Shown here one piece after another: positions 45,331 through 58,624 of a stretch of 64,000 nt of DNA. The position numbers and the translations under genes were made by a program. The notes under the pieces are model-generated. The model made no database searches. It was not told the DNA's origin and saw only the letters and a program-made list of their open reading frames with translations. The stretch is from Eledone cirrhosa (taxonomy: Eukaryota): assembly GCA_964016885.1 (NCBI GenBank), contig OZ024740.1, positions 417,136,001 through 417,200,000 on the forward strand. Reading direction: 5' to 3'. Positions within the stretch are counted from its first letter, which is position 1. Each line of letters begins with the position of its first letter.

Positions 45331-45494
45331 CCGCATTTCCTGGCGCTGAAGACCCTTCGTCCTCAAGGACGCACCCTAATTTTTGACAAATTTGAAAAAA
45401 ACAACGATAAACAACCTTTGGCCTCCAGGACGCCTGCTAGATTTTTGAGACTTATTTTAGGAAAAAAAGTAGCGTCTTCGACTGGGAAGTACGG
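45331..45494. mobile_element. pogo/Tigger-like MITE
   Basis: Imperfect TIRs ccgcatttcc...gaagac / gtcttcga...ggaagtacgg|TA; left TA is not intact. Confidence 0.6.
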
Positions 45495-45497
45495 TAT

Positions 45498-45735
45498 ATC
45501 ATCATCATCATCATCACCGTTTTACGTCCGTTCTTCCACGCTAGCATGGGTTAGACGGGTTGTCCTGTTGTGGGCAGTGTCTGGTTGGCTGACCATGCCT
45601 TGCTCATACAGGAACTGATCTGGCTTGATTTCTACAGCTGGATGCCCTTCCTAACACCAACCTCATTTACAGTGAGTGCTGGGTGCTTTTTCGTGGCGCC
45701 TACACGTCCACTTTACAGTGTCGGCTGGGTGCTTT
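45498..45735 (-). mobile_element. RTE-tailed SINE 3' fragment
   Basis: (cat)n-ccgttttacgtcc...ttctacagctggatgcccttcctaacaccaacctcatttacagtg; matches the tail of 43825-44166. Confidence 0.75.
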
Positions 45736-46019
45736 TTTTTTATATATAGAAAAAAAACAGGATAGCCAGAGCTAGAATGCCTTTGATTCATAGGTCTGTG
45801 GATCAGGACTGACCAAGGGCTAAACAACAAAACCAGCAACAACAACAGCAAGCAGAAAATAGTAAATATCTATCTTTTAAGAAAGGAAAGAGAAAGTCAT
45901 TTCTTGTGATTAACTCCAAGACTGAAATAACAAGGAATGGTAACAATATTCCTGTCAAACTCTGCAGAATATTACAGGTTAAATACATTCTTATATTTAT
46001 CTGGCTTTCTTTGTTTATT

Positions 46020-48895
46020 TGTGAGAGTGAGTGTGTCAGTGGGTATGTGTGTGTGAGTGAGTGTGTCAGTGGGTATGTGTGTGAGTGTGAGTGTGTGTGT
46101 GTGAGAGTGAGTGTGTCAATGGGTATGTGTGTGAGAGTGAGTGTGTGTGTGAGTGTGAGTGTGTGTGTGTGAGAGTGAGTGTGTCAATGGGTATGTGTGT
46201 GAGTGTGAGTGTGTGTGTGAGAGTGAGTGTGTGTGTGTGAGAGTGAGTGTGTCAATGGGTATGTGTGTGAGTGTGAGTGTGTGTGTGTGAGAGTGACTGT
46301 GTCAGTGGGTATGTGTGTGAGAGTGAGTGTGTGTGTGTGTGAGAGTGTGTGTATCAGTGGGTATGTGTGTGAGAGTGAGTGTGTCAGTGGGTATGTGTGT
46401 GAGAGTGAGTGTGTGTGTGTGAGTGAGTGTGTCAGTGGGTATGTGTGTGAGAGTGAGTGTGTGTGTGTGTGAGAGTGTGTATCAGTGGGTATGTGTGTGA
46501 GAGTGAGTGTGTCAGTGGGTATGTGTGTGAGAGTGAGTGTGTGTGTGTGAGTGAGTGTGTCAGTGGGTATGTGTGTGAGAGTGAGTGTGTGTGTGTGTGA
46601 GAGTGTGTATCAGTGGGTATGTGTGTGAGAGTGAGTGTGTGTGTGTGAGAGTGAGTGTGTCAGTGGGTATGTGTGTGAGAGTGAGTGTGTGTGTGTGAGT
46701 GAGTGTGTCAGTGGGTATGTGTGTGAGAGTGTGTGTATCAGTGGGTATGTGTGTGAGAGTGAGTGTGTGTGTGTGTGAGAGTGTGTGTATCAGTGGGTAT
46801 GTGTGTGAGAGTGAGTGTGTGTGTGTGAGAGTGAGTGTGTATCAGTGGGTATGTGTGTGAGAGTGAGTGTGTCAGTGGGTATGTGTGTGAGAGTGAGTGT
46901 GTGTGAGAGTGTGTGTATCAGTGGGTATGTGTGTGAGAGTGAGTGTGTGTGTGTGAGAGTGAGTGTGTCAGTGGGTATGTGTGTGAGAGTGAGTGTATCA
47001 GTGGGTATGTGTGTGAGAGTGAGTGTGTGTGTGTGAGAGTGAGTGTGTCAGTGGGTATGTGTGTGAGAGTGAGTGTGTGTGTGTGAGAGTGAGTGTGTCA
47101 GTGGGTATGTGTGTGAGAGTGAGTGTGTGTGTGTGTGAGAGTGAGTGTGTCAGTGGGTATGTGTGTGAGAGTGAGTGTGTGTGAGAGTGTGTGTATCAGT
47201 GGGTATGTGTGTGAGAGTGTGTGTGAGTGAGTGTGTCAGTGGGTATGTGCGTGAGAGTGAGTGTGTGTGTGTGTGAGAGTGAGTGTGTCAGTGGGTATGT
47301 GTGTGAGAGTGAGTGTGTCAGTGGGTATGTGTGTGAGAGTGAGTGTGTCAGTGGGTATGTGTGTGTGTGTGAGAGTGAGTGTGTCAGTGGGTATGTGTGT
47401 GAGAGTGAGTGTGTGTGTGTGAGAGTGAGTGTGTCAGTGGGTATGTGTGTGAGAGTGAGTGTGTGTGTGTGAGAGTGAGTGTGTCAGTGGGTATGTGTGT
47501 GAGAGTGAGTGTGTCAGTGGGTATGTGTGTGAGAGTGAGTGTGTCAGTGGGTATGTGTGTGAGAGTGAGTGTGTGTGTGTGAGAGTGAGTGTGTCAGTGG
47601 GTATGTGTGTGAGAGTGAGTGTATCAGTGGGTATGTGTGTGAGAGTGAGTGTGTGTGTGTGAGAGTGAGTGTGTCAGTGGGTATGTGTGTGAGTGAGTGT
47701 GTGTGTGAGAGTGAGTGTGTCAGTGGGTATGTGTGTGAGAGTGAGTGTGTGTGTGTGAGAGTGAGTGTGTCAGTGGGTATGTGTGTGAGAGTGAGTGTGT
47801 CAGTGGGTATGTGTGTGAGAGTGAGTGTGTCAGTGGGTATGTGTGTGAGAGTGAGTGTGTGTGTGTGAGAGTGAGTGTGTCAGTGGGTATGTGTGTGAGA
47901 GTGAGTGTATCAGTGGGTATGTGTGTGAGAGTGAGTGTGTCAGTGGGTATGTGTGTGAGAGTGAGTGTGTGTGTGTGAGAGTGAGTGTGTCAGTGGGTAT
48001 GTGTGTGAGAGTGAGTGTGTCAGTGGGTATGTGTGTGAGAGTGAGTGTATCAGTGGGTATGTGTGTGAGAGTGAGTGTGTCAGTGGGTATGTGTGTGAGA
48101 GTGAGTGTGTGTGTGTGAGAGTGAGTGTGTCAGTGGGTATGTGTGTGAGAGTGAGTGTGTCAGTGGGTGTGTGTGAGAGTGAGTGTGAGAGTGTGTCAGT
48201 GGGTGTGTGTGAGAGTGAGTGTGTCAGTGGGTATGTGTGAGAGTGAGTGTGTATCAGTGGGTATGTGTGTGAGAGTGAGTGTGTCAGTGGGTATGTGCGT
48301 GAGAGTGTGTGTGAGAGTGAGTGTGTCAGTGTGTGTGTGTGTGAGTGTGTGTGCGTGAGAGTGAGTGTGTGTGTGAGAGTGAGTGTGTCAGTGGGTATGT
48401 GCGTGAGAGAGTGTGTGTGAGAGTGAGTGTGTCAGTGTGTGTGTGTGTGAGTGAGTGTGTGTGTGAGAGTGAGTGTCAGTGGGTATGTGAGTGAGAGTGA
48501 GTGTGTCAGTGTGTGTGTGAGTGAGTGTGTGTGTGAGAGCGAGTGTGTCAGTGGGTATGTGAGTGAGAGTGAGTGTGTCAGTGTGTGTGAGTGAGTGTGT
48601 TTGCGTGAGAGTGAGTGTGTGTGTGAGAGTGAGTGTGTCAGTGGGTATGTGAGTGAGTGAGTGTGTCAGTGGGTATGTGTGTGAGAGTGAGTGTATCAGT
48701 GGGTATGTGTGTGAGAGTGAGTGTGTCAGTGGGTATGTGCGTGAGTGAGTGTGTGAGAGTGAGTGTGTCAGTGTGTGTGTGTGTGAGTGAGTGTGCGTGA
48801 GAGTGAGTGTGTGTGAGAGTGAGTGTGTCAGTGGGTATGTGAGTGAGAGTGAGTGTGTGTGAGAGTGAGTGTGTCAGTGGGTATGTGCATGAAAG
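46020..48895. repeat. Compound GT-rich minisatellite (about 30-bp gagagtgagtgtgtcagtgggtatgtgtgt plus 20-bp variants)
   Basis: About 2.9-kb tandem array, more regular in the middle. Confidence 0.96.
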
Positions 48896-49481
48896 AGTGT
48901 GTGTGTCTCTGCATGTGTGTGTGTGTGTACATATCACATATCAATATATATCTAGTTAAAAGAAATCAATATGTGTATGAAAGTTTACAGCAGTATGATT
49001 GTGTGTGCATACATGCATATACATACACACATTATATATCTATATATGCACATATATAGATATTATTTTTATGTCCACTTCTCTATATTGGCATCAGAGA
49101 CACAATATGTATATATATATATACACACATATACATATATATACATACATACACACACACATATATATATACACACACACATATATATACATATACACAC
49201 AAACATATAAGCACACTCACACATCAGAATTGGAAAAAAAACAATTCAATGTTCAGGTTTTTACAGAAGCAAATATCTGATTTAAAGGACGTGTTGATCA
49301 ATAATCTATAATATATAGCAGTATGATGACTGTAAGGAAGAGGCAGGACGTGAAGAGGAGACCGGAATGATGTAAGAAAAAGTTAGGTATATATATTTGT
49401 TTACCTTTTCATACATACATATATACATATATATATATACAATATATTAACAAATGGAAACTATATTTATAAAACCCTATT

Positions 49482-49547
49482 TATTTTATTATACATATTT
49501 CAAGGGCCACCAAGGCAAATTATGGTGCGCTTTCATCAGATAAAATA
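49482..49547 (-). ncRNA. Type I hammerhead ribozyme (predicted), left arm
   Basis: Mirror of 49682-49747. Confidence 0.68.
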
Positions 49548-49681
49548 CAATACAGATTTGTTTTATAAATAAATATTGACATACCCTGAAAAAAGACAAC
49601 CTTAACGGAGGAAGCCCCAACCGGTAAGGTTGTCTTTTTTCAGGGTATGTCAATATTTATTTATAAAACAAATCTGTATTG

Positions 49682-49747
49682 TATTTTATCTGATGAAAGC
49701 GCACCATAATTTGCCTTGGTGGTCCTTGAAATATGTATAATAAAATA
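49682..49747 (+). ncRNA. Type I hammerhead ribozyme (predicted), right arm
   Basis: tattttat-CTGATGA-aagcgcacca...tggtggtcctt-GAAA-tatgta-TA-ataaaata. Confidence 0.68.
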
Positions 49748-50656
49748 AATAGGGTTTTATAAATATAGTTTCCATTTGTTAATATATTGTATATTTACTC
49801 CACTAATCTGTTGAGTGCTTTATATCAGTTATAAAAATTTGTAAGCTTGTTGAATCCCAACAAATTAAATATAACCTCTGCATACATATATATATGTGTG
49901 TGTATATATATATATAAAGGGCGGAAGAACTCATAAGAGTCTACAGCCATCCAAAAATGTGTAAATATGTATATTCATGTATACATATGTGTATATCTGC
50001 GCGGGGACATAGAAATAATCGGGCTAGATACCCGATCACGCGGTTAAACCACTGGGCATGAAGGACCCCTAGCCTTTGTCAGAAGGTAACTCAGGAAACT
50101 GGGATAACTCTGACATAAAACCTGCAGTTTAGTAGTTACTGTTGATGTTGATCTTTTCTTCTTTTCGGGTTATAGCTAGTTGCTCAGAGAGTGGGATTGG
50201 CTCAGTGCACAGTCTTTCCTCACTTAAAAAAAAAAAATCTTCACGCACAGGCATTGCATGATGGCATTAATTGATAATTATTAATAATGTTATATCGTGC
50301 AATGGCCATACTGGATAACGAGGGGGCAGCCATCATATATATATATATGTCTCTGTGTTAGTGCAGGTCTGCATGTCACAGCATTTATACCTGAGTATGG
50401 CTTTATTTATTTCAGTCTTTATGCTTTCAAGGATTATATATATATATACACACACACACATATATACGTATGTATGTATATATGTGTGTGTGTGCATATA
50501 ATATATATATATATAAGTATATATATATATATACATATACATATGTGTGTATATATAAATAAATATATATATGTATATATATATATTTATATATAGTCAA
50601 TATACTGACTGAATTTTGGATAACCAACATCTCTTGATGCAGAGTCTACCTATCAC

Positions 50657-50982
50657 AACTGGGGTTTTTTCCGGGGGGGGGGGGGGGGTTGTCTGTCGGA
50701 AAGGTGCGGAGGGCACATTTCGCACCTTTCCGACAGACAACCCCCCCCCCCGGAAAAACCCCCCAGTTGATGGATGTGAATCCGAAATATATAGGGACAA
50801 TTAAATCTTTCCCAAGGTAACTCTATCTCGTGTTATTATTATTGTTATCCTTTACGCTTTTTCCTACACTCTTCTACACACTACACATCTCAACCTACAT
50901 TCACTTACATCTCTCTCTCCACCACTGGATCTTGTTACTCGGAGATTTACCCATCTGCATTGTTGAGGCTTCCAAAACGACC
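50657..50982 (+). mobile_element. Repeat family Q with a GC-rich 5' foldback hairpin
   Basis: Hairpin about 50657-50769 (caactgggg...gtctgtcggaaaggtgcg / cgcacctttccgacagac...ccccagttg); body matches 14173-14362. Confidence 0.82.
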
Positions 50983-51020
50983 TAAAGAAATATACCATAT
51001 ATATATATATATATATACAT

Positions 51021-52277
51021 ATCATCATCATCATCATCATCAACGTTTAACGTCCGTGTTCCACGCTTGCATGAGTTTGGACGGGGGTAGTCCCACTTGA
51101 GGCAAGAGTGATTTTCTTGCTCGCATAGGACTGTCTGGCAGGTTTTCTACAGTTGGATGCCCTTCCTAACACCAACCACATTTACAGTGTGGGTCTGGGA
51201 GGTTTTTACCGTGTTGCCTACACAGGCACATTACAGCGTGGACTGTGTGTTTTTTTGTCATGACACCTACACGATCTCATTTGTCTCGGCCTGGATGGCG
51301 CGGCACCAACATAACTTTACATAGAACGGTGTGGTGTGGATGGGGCGGGTCTTCTCTATTACTGAGTACCGCCAAAGGTCTCGGTCCAGTGACATTGTCT
51401 TGGTGAGGTGTAAGTGTGTGAGGTCGGAGTTTATCAGCTCGTCCCAGGTTTTTCTGGGTCTGCCTACTCCGTGGCTACCGTCTATCTTTATTGCCCTGCA
51501 CTTTGTTATACAGCTATCATCCTTCATGCGCATCACGTGACCATACCAACGTAGCCTTCTCTCTAGTAAACAACATCTGATCCCTCTTATTTCTAATTTT
51601 TTCCTTAGTTTGTTTATGCTTTGTCGTTCACATATATTACTATTACACATCCAGCGGAGCATGCAAGCTTCGTTTCTCTCTAGTCTGCGTATATCCTCTG
51701 CACACAATGCCCAGGTCTCACTGCCATGCAACATTGCTGTTCGTATGCAGGCATCGTACAGCCTGCCTTTCATTTTTAGGGAGAACCCTTAAGCGGCTAA
51801 TAAGCTCTCTGAACTTTTTCCACCCAGTTCTGACTCTAGCTACTGTACTTTCAGAGCACCCTCCCCCACTGCTGATTTTGTCACCCAGGTAACGGAAGCT
51901 GTCCACTATTTCTATAGAACCCTCTGCGCAGTTGAAAGAGCTAGTATTTTGTGGGCACTTGCTGCTACTTATATCCCCAGAACACCGGCCAAATGTTAAA
52001 TCTATGTTCTTAGTTAGCTTACCTGTGATCCCACTACATCTTTTATGCACCCAAACTTTGCATTTGGGACACAAAATGGAATTTCTACCTACGCCTTTCC
52101 TACACTCTGCGCATGGCCACTTCCCGGAGGGGACCGCCGCCTTATTTTCTTTCTTACAAACTAGAACTTTAGTCTTAGCTAGGTTAATTTTAAGGCCTTT
52201 TGATTCTAGGCCGTGCTTCCATGTTTGGAATTTCTTCTCTAGCTCGGCCATTGATTCAGCTATGAGCGTTAGATCAT
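51021..52277 (-). mobile_element. RTE LINE copy 3, 5'-truncated
   Basis: RT C-terminal half with a small frameshifting deletion and a 3' UTR deletion near 51340. Confidence 0.93.
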
Positions 52278-53032
52278 AACTGAAGTTGTCTGTGTGTGTG
52301 TGTGTCCTAATTTTGGCAAAGTCTATACAAATCCACATTTCTACTCCGATTGACTTCAAACTTGCATTTATATATTCCTTGTGGTCTAAAGATATTAACT
52401 GCAGCTTTTATTTTTCAATTTTCTGTTGTTAAAGTCATTTTTTTCACTAAAATTTTAAGCCCTTTTTGTCAGTAAGTTTGGCAATTTTGTCTACAATGTT
52501 CAAGAGAGACAACTCTTTAGTATTTTGAAAGAGTTACCTTTCTTTATATACTATATTATCCCTACTTAAATGTACATCCCTTGAAATTGTTGATGGTGAC
52601 CCCAATAGTAACTCCGAAGCATTCGGCATCCGATATAACAGTTCGGTCTATATCAGATTGGGTACAGTTTTGTAACCTTAAAAGTATCCAACTAAATTCC
52701 TTCATGCTCTCCGCCACAGCAGTCCCACATGCTTACTGCTCTGTAACTATTGCTTTCATTGTACTATAGCACAACAAATACATGTTCGGTTTGTTGAATG
52801 CCTTTTTACTTAACCCTATCGTCTTGGCTTTTGTGGGTTGAACATTTTACTCTCAGGCATCCAGTTAAGTTAAACCCCTGGTAATCTATGACAAATTGTT
52901 TTTATAAGCACAAAATATACACACCATCCCCAGGCCGAGGTATTCCGTACTTCTCTGTACTGTTTCAGAAAGGAGGGATAAACATGCCAATCTATGTTTA
53001 GAAGCCTGAGCAACGCCGGGCCATTCTGCTAG
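52278..53032 (+). mobile_element. Non-autonomous Helitron-like element
   Basis: 3' end cctgagcaacgccggg hairpin followed by CTAG|T; 5' part has gtctgtgtgt and ccgattgacttcaaacttg, typical of Helitron-N elements. 5' boundary uncertain. Confidence 0.6.
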
Positions 53033-53238
53033 TATATATATATGAGAGAGAGAGAGAGAGATCAATAGAAGTGGATATGGCACTCATTTATTACCAGTGT
53101 GTTAAAACTCAATGTGTTAGTCATGTATAGAAAAACACGGAGCATAGTAATTCAATTGAGATGAAGAACCAAAGACTTTGAACTCTAAGAACCCTTTGGT
53201 TCTTCACCCAAATTGAATTACGCACATACACATACGCG

Positions 53239-53280
<42 letters not shown>

Positions 53281-53470
53281 ATAAACAGAGGATGTACATT
53301 TAAAACCATCTCTCTTCTTTATATCAACACTCTGGTTGATATCTTATTGGTAACATTTCAGGAATATAAATCATTGAGTGCTTTATGTCTGTTTACGACC
53401 AAAGTCAGTGGATTATCTGATCAACCAACTTTCACAAATATATACACACACACACACATATATATATATA

Positions 53471-53553
<83 letters not shown>

Positions 53554-53776
53554 ATGGTGTGTGTATGTATGTAATTCATAGATGTAAAGGTGAAAGAATG
53601 TAAATATGACTGTATCTGTAATAATCGGTGGTGCCAGCTTATGACCCTATATAAAGACATAGTAGATGGTAATTCCAGCACTCAATTTGAGTGAACATTT
53701 ACACCATTTAGAAAGCCTCTTTCCATTATCCTTGATCTGTAGTCTTCACAATATCCTGTCTTGTTTTATTTGGATG

Positions 53777-53823
<47 letters not shown>

Positions 53824-53940
53824 ATAATACATATATATAAGGTAATATATATATATAATACATATATATAAGGTAATATATATATATATACAAATAATAT
53901 ATATATGATATATAACATATATATCATATATAATATATAT

Positions 53941-54129
53941 ATAATAATTGTTTCTACTTTTGGCACAAGGCCAGCAATTATCCCAGTGCATTACTGGTAC
54001 TTTATTTTATCAACCCCGTAAGGATGAAAGGCAAAGTTAACCTCGGCGGGATTTGAACTCAGACCGTAAAAGAGCGTAACTCTATGCTGCAAAGCATGGT
54101 GTCCGACCCTCTACTGATACTGCCAATCC
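53941..54129 (-). mobile_element. SINE family A
   Basis: Near full-length copy between TA-rich tracts. Confidence 0.88.
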
Positions 54130-54228
54130 AATATATATATATCATATATAATATATGTATAATAATATATATATAAAATAATATATAAATATTATATATA
54201 TATATGTATGTGTGTGTGTATATATATA

Positions 54229-54289
<61 letters not shown>

Positions 54290-54432
54290 GATTATCCAAT
54301 ATTCCTTACATTTACTGTCTCTCTGTCTGAAAGGATGTATTTTTGTTAACTGGTAAATATTACACAAGTCAATAACATTCAACTCAGCATGAAAAGTATG
54401 TGGAATGGTTGGCAATGTGGGGGAAATATTTA

Positions 54433-54645
54433 TCATGGGTTTGTTTCTGCCGTGGTAAAACTCAGAGACATTGCAGCAGATGTTGATTGTGACTGCGAGT
54501 TAGGATTCATTACTGAAGGTGTCAATGTTGGAAAAATGGATGCCGCCATCCCTTGTAGTTGACTGGCAGAGCTCTCTTCATAGGAATCGTCTATAGGTTC
54601 TGATTTAATGTACATCATTTGATCACTTTCAAATGTGCGAGGAAT
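54433..54645 (-). CDS. Putative terminal coding exon of a host gene (Ser/Thr/Gln-rich, transcription-factor-like)
   Basis: Acceptor cctttcattttatcatttctgcAG, then 70 codons IPRTFESDQMMYIKSEPIDDSYEESSASQLQG...TNP and TGA; unique sequence; IKSE matches the SUMO consensus. Confidence 0.6.
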   Translation of the reverse strand: MPRTFESDQMMYIKSEPIDDSYEESSASQLQGMAASIFPTLTPSVMNPNSQSQSTSAAMSLSFTTAETNP

Positions 54646-54709
54646 CTGCAGAAATGATAAAATGAAAGGACATTTAAAAAATGTTATAAACAATATATAT
54701 ATATACATA

Positions 54710-55013
<304 letters not shown>

Positions 55014-55154
55014 CTGTATGAGCAAGACATGGCCACCTCAAATGGGGCCACACGTCTAACCCATGCTAGCGTGGAAAATAGACATTAAATGATGATGATG
55101 ATATAGATAGTGAAAGAAGACTACAACAGTACTCAATACATAACATACAGTTAA

Positions 55155-55367
55155 TAATTGTTTCTACAGGTACAAGGCGAGCAATTTAAAAGTGATGGGA
55201 AAGTCAATTCAATTGACTCCAGTGCTTTACTGGTACTTTATTTTATCAACCCCGTAAGCATGAAAGACAAAGCTAACCTCGGCGGGATTTGAAATCAGAA
55301 CGTAAGGGGCCCTAACTTTATGCTCTGAAGTCTTTGGTCCGACGCTCTACCAATTCTGCCAATTCAC
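55155..55367 (-). mobile_element. SINE family A variant
   Basis: Same core; ttctgccaattca 5' end. Confidence 0.8.
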
Positions 55368-55432
55368 TGATCTGATTTAGGCACAAGTCCAAAAAACAGA
55401 AACCAGGATAAATACCGACCTGATGAGCATCA

Positions 55433-56886
55433 GGGTTTGAGACAGACTTTTAGAGTCCACTCAACACATCCGTCTCTGCTCCAGGTTTGAGACAGACTTT
55501 TAGGATCCACTCAACACATCCGTCTCTGCTCCAGGTTTGAGACAGACTTTTAGGATCCACTCAACACATCCGTCTCTGCTCCAGGTTTGAGACAGACTTT
55601 TAGGATCCACTCAACACATCCGTCTCTGCTCCAGGTTTGAGACAGACTTTTAGGATCCACTCAACACATCCGTCTCTGCTCCAGGTTTGAGACAGACTTT
55701 TAGGATCCACTCAACACATCCGTCTCTGCTCCAGGTTTGAGACAGACTTTTAGGATCCACTCAACACATCCGTCTCTGCTCCAGGTTTGAGACAGACTTT
55801 TAGAGTCCACTCAACACATCCGTCTCTGCTCCAGGTTTGAGACAGACTTTTAGGATCCACTCAACACATCCGTCTCTGCTCCAGGTTTGAGACAGACTTT
55901 TAGGATCCACTCAACACATCCGTCTCTGCTCCAGGTTTGAGACAGACTTTTAGGATCCACTCAACACATCCGTCTCTGCTCCAGGTTTGAGACAGACTTT
56001 TAGGATCCACTCAACACATCCGTCTCTGCTCCAGGTTTGAGACAGACTTTTAGGATCCACTCAACACATCCGTCTCTGCTCCAGGTTTGAGACAGACTTT
56101 TAGGATCCACTCAACACATCCGTCTCTGCTCCAGGTTTGAGACAGACTTTTAGGATCCACTCAACACATCCGTCTCTGTTCCAGGTTTGAGACAGACTTT
56201 TAGGATCCACTCAACACATCCGTCTCTGCTCCAGGTTTGAGACAGACTTTTAGGATCCACTCAACACATCCGTCTCTGCTCCAGGTTTGAGACAGACTTT
56301 TAGGATCCACTCAACACATCCGTCTCTGCTCCAGGTTTGAGACAGACTTTTAGGATCCACTCAACACATCCGTCTCTGCTCCAGGTTTGAGACAGACTTT
56401 TAGAGTCCACTCAACACAGCCATCTCTGCTCCAGGTTTGAGACAGACTTTTAGAGTCCACTCAACACAGCCATCTCTGCTCCAGGTTTGAGACAGACTTT
56501 TAGGATCCACTCAACACATCCGTCTCTGCTCCAGGTTTGAGACAGACTTTTAGAGTCCACTCAACACAGCCATCTCTGCTCCAGGTTTGAGACAGACTTT
56601 TAGGATCCACTCAACACATCCGTCTCTGCTCCAGGTTTGAGACAGACTTTTAGAGTCCACTCAACACAGCCATCTCTGCTCCAGGTTTGAGACAGACTTT
56701 TAGAGTCCACTCAACACATCCGTCTCTGCTCCAGGTTTGAGACAGACTTTTAGGATCCACTCAACACATCCGTCTCTGCTCCAGGTTTGAGACAGACTTT
56801 TAGAGTCCACTCAACACAGCCATCTCTGCTCCAGGTTTGAGACAGACTTTAGGCTTATTAGGGTCCACTCAACACATCCGTCTCTC
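55433..56886. repeat. 50-bp tandem minisatellite, about 29 copies
   Basis: Unit taggatccactcaacacatccgtctctgctccaggtttgagacagacttt; no spacers. Confidence 0.97.
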
Positions 56887-57661
56887 CTCACAGGACCTAC
56901 ATTATGTATATCCACCAGTCATGCACTAACCACTTTCAAAGTTCTCCTCAGAATGTCGGCCTCTAATGTACCATATCTGCCCATGTTTTTCCTACACCTG
57001 TTGACTTGGGTATCAATTATGTTGTTGATCACAGGAGGGTGGGGGTAGTAGCAAAGGCTATGGGCATTACCCCTTCTCCAACACCAAACCTTAATATTAA
57101 ATATACATTAAAGCTGAGATAAATATATTCTTATGAAAAACAAACAGATTATTAAATATGACATTACAACTGGGGATCCAGCAGGATCAATCAACCCTTT
57201 ACCATTTACATTACTCTATATTTACTATTGTATTTTCACCGTAAAGGCTTTACCTCACATAATATTGAATCTATGAGATTTTGATGTTATTTATTTTGAG
57301 AACAATACCTTAACATCAGTATGAGTAGCCAGTTACAGCCAGTTTGAACAGAAAGCAGTGAGATAATTCTGGCCAGATACGGCCGATTGAAATTTCTAAA
57401 GGGTTAGAGACATTTGTTTCTGACAGGACCTGCTGGAAGGAGTGTTTGAAGACTCCCCCCCCCTCCCCAAGTCACTCTCAGGAATAAATGGGCGAAGGAG
57501 GGAGGAGGGCGGTTCTATGGAAATTTAAAAAAGTTTCTTCAGATATTCAAATGAATCAATCAGTTATTTTAGTAATTAACCAGCTTGGAATGTTTAATGA
57601 AAGTTTCTTTGAGGCATTAATTATTCTTACTAAATTCCTTTATATATAAATATATATATAT

Positions 57662-57866
57662 ATAGGAAAAAGTATGACCCCGACGGCAGAGCTCGAGCCG
57701 TTTCGACGGCTATTTCTGGACATTATAGTAAAAAAATAGCCGTCGAAACGGCTTGAGCTCTGCCGTCGGGGTCATACTTTTTCCTATTTCCCACTCTACT
57801 ACCCTAAGTATTGAGTATTCTGGTGCATTATGGTCCTTCTGGTTCCTTACCACAATTCCTTTGTTA
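57662..57866 (+). mobile_element. Repeat family R with an about 50-bp-stem foldback
   Basis: ataggaaaaagtatgaccccgacggcagagctc...gagctctgccgtcggggtcatactttttcctat. Confidence 0.8.
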
Positions 57867-57876
57867 TATATATATA

Positions 57877-58598
57877 CTTGTCTCACTCGCTTTACGCGTT
57901 TCTATTGTCCTAATAACTTACTTTAGTTATTATCGCTCCAACGTGAGGTATATGATTTTTAATGCGATGAAATACCCATGATCGTTTGGTAAATCACTGA
58001 TGAGGGACTCATTTTATAACATGTTATCCATGTGCAACCAGCAGTATTCTTCTCACCCATATTTTCATATATTTACCCAAACTGCAATTCTGTGTTTCTC
58101 TCTTTCTCTCTTACTGCTCCCTCATTCTCTGTTTCCCTTACTTTCTTTCGTCCCCTCTGCCATGTCAGTTAACTCTTTCTCTCTACTGACCTCTTCCTCA
58201 CACTCCCACTCACTCAGTCCCTGTTTCTCCCCTTCTTTCTTCCTCCCGTTCGCTGGGAAAACGGTTTTCATTCTTTCTAACACCGGATTCACTAGCGAAA
58301 AGTCTGTTTCTAACTCGCACATATATTCACACAGCTTATGCTGAAAGAATAATTATGTTGCTTGTGTTTATTTCCATCTTCGGTTAGCTTCCCCCTGTGT
58401 TGTTTACTTGTCTCACTCGCTTTACGCGTTTCTATTGTCCTAATAACTTATTTTAGTTATTATCGCTCCAACGTGAGGTATATGATTTTTAATGCGATGA
58501 AATACCCATGATCGTTTGGTATATCACTGATGAGGGACTCATTTTATAACATGTTATCCATGTGCAACCAGCAGTATTCTTCTCACCCATATTTTCAT
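57877..58598. mobile_element. Repeat family P, opposite orientation, with about 190-bp direct repeats
   Basis: 57877-58070 is repeated at about 58405-58598; reverse-complement homolog of the 9711 element. Confidence 0.8.
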
Positions 58599-58624
58599 AT
58601 ATATATACATACATACATATATAT

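Larger units (their letters stand above)
49435..49794. mobile_element. 360-bp palindrome (family S) with 174-bp arms and a 12-nt spacer
   Basis: 49435-49608 is the reverse complement of 49621-49794, two mismatches seen. Confidence 0.9.

Noticed and set aside
45906-48937. CESECVSGYV repeat ORFs
   Set aside because: GT-rich satellite translations.
55419-55445. CTGATGA just before the 50-bp array as a hammerhead
   Set aside because: No properly placed GAAA or stem I; it is only a short palindrome, cctgatg-ag-catcagg.
55433-56886. CRISPR-like regular array (also 31560-31931 and 18481-22044)
   Set aside because: No unique spacers, no cas genes, eukaryotic context.
57960-58010. Canonical type II hammerhead in family P
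   Set aside because: GAAA and CTGAYGA are present, but stem II does not pair and stem I is absent or inconsistent between copies.
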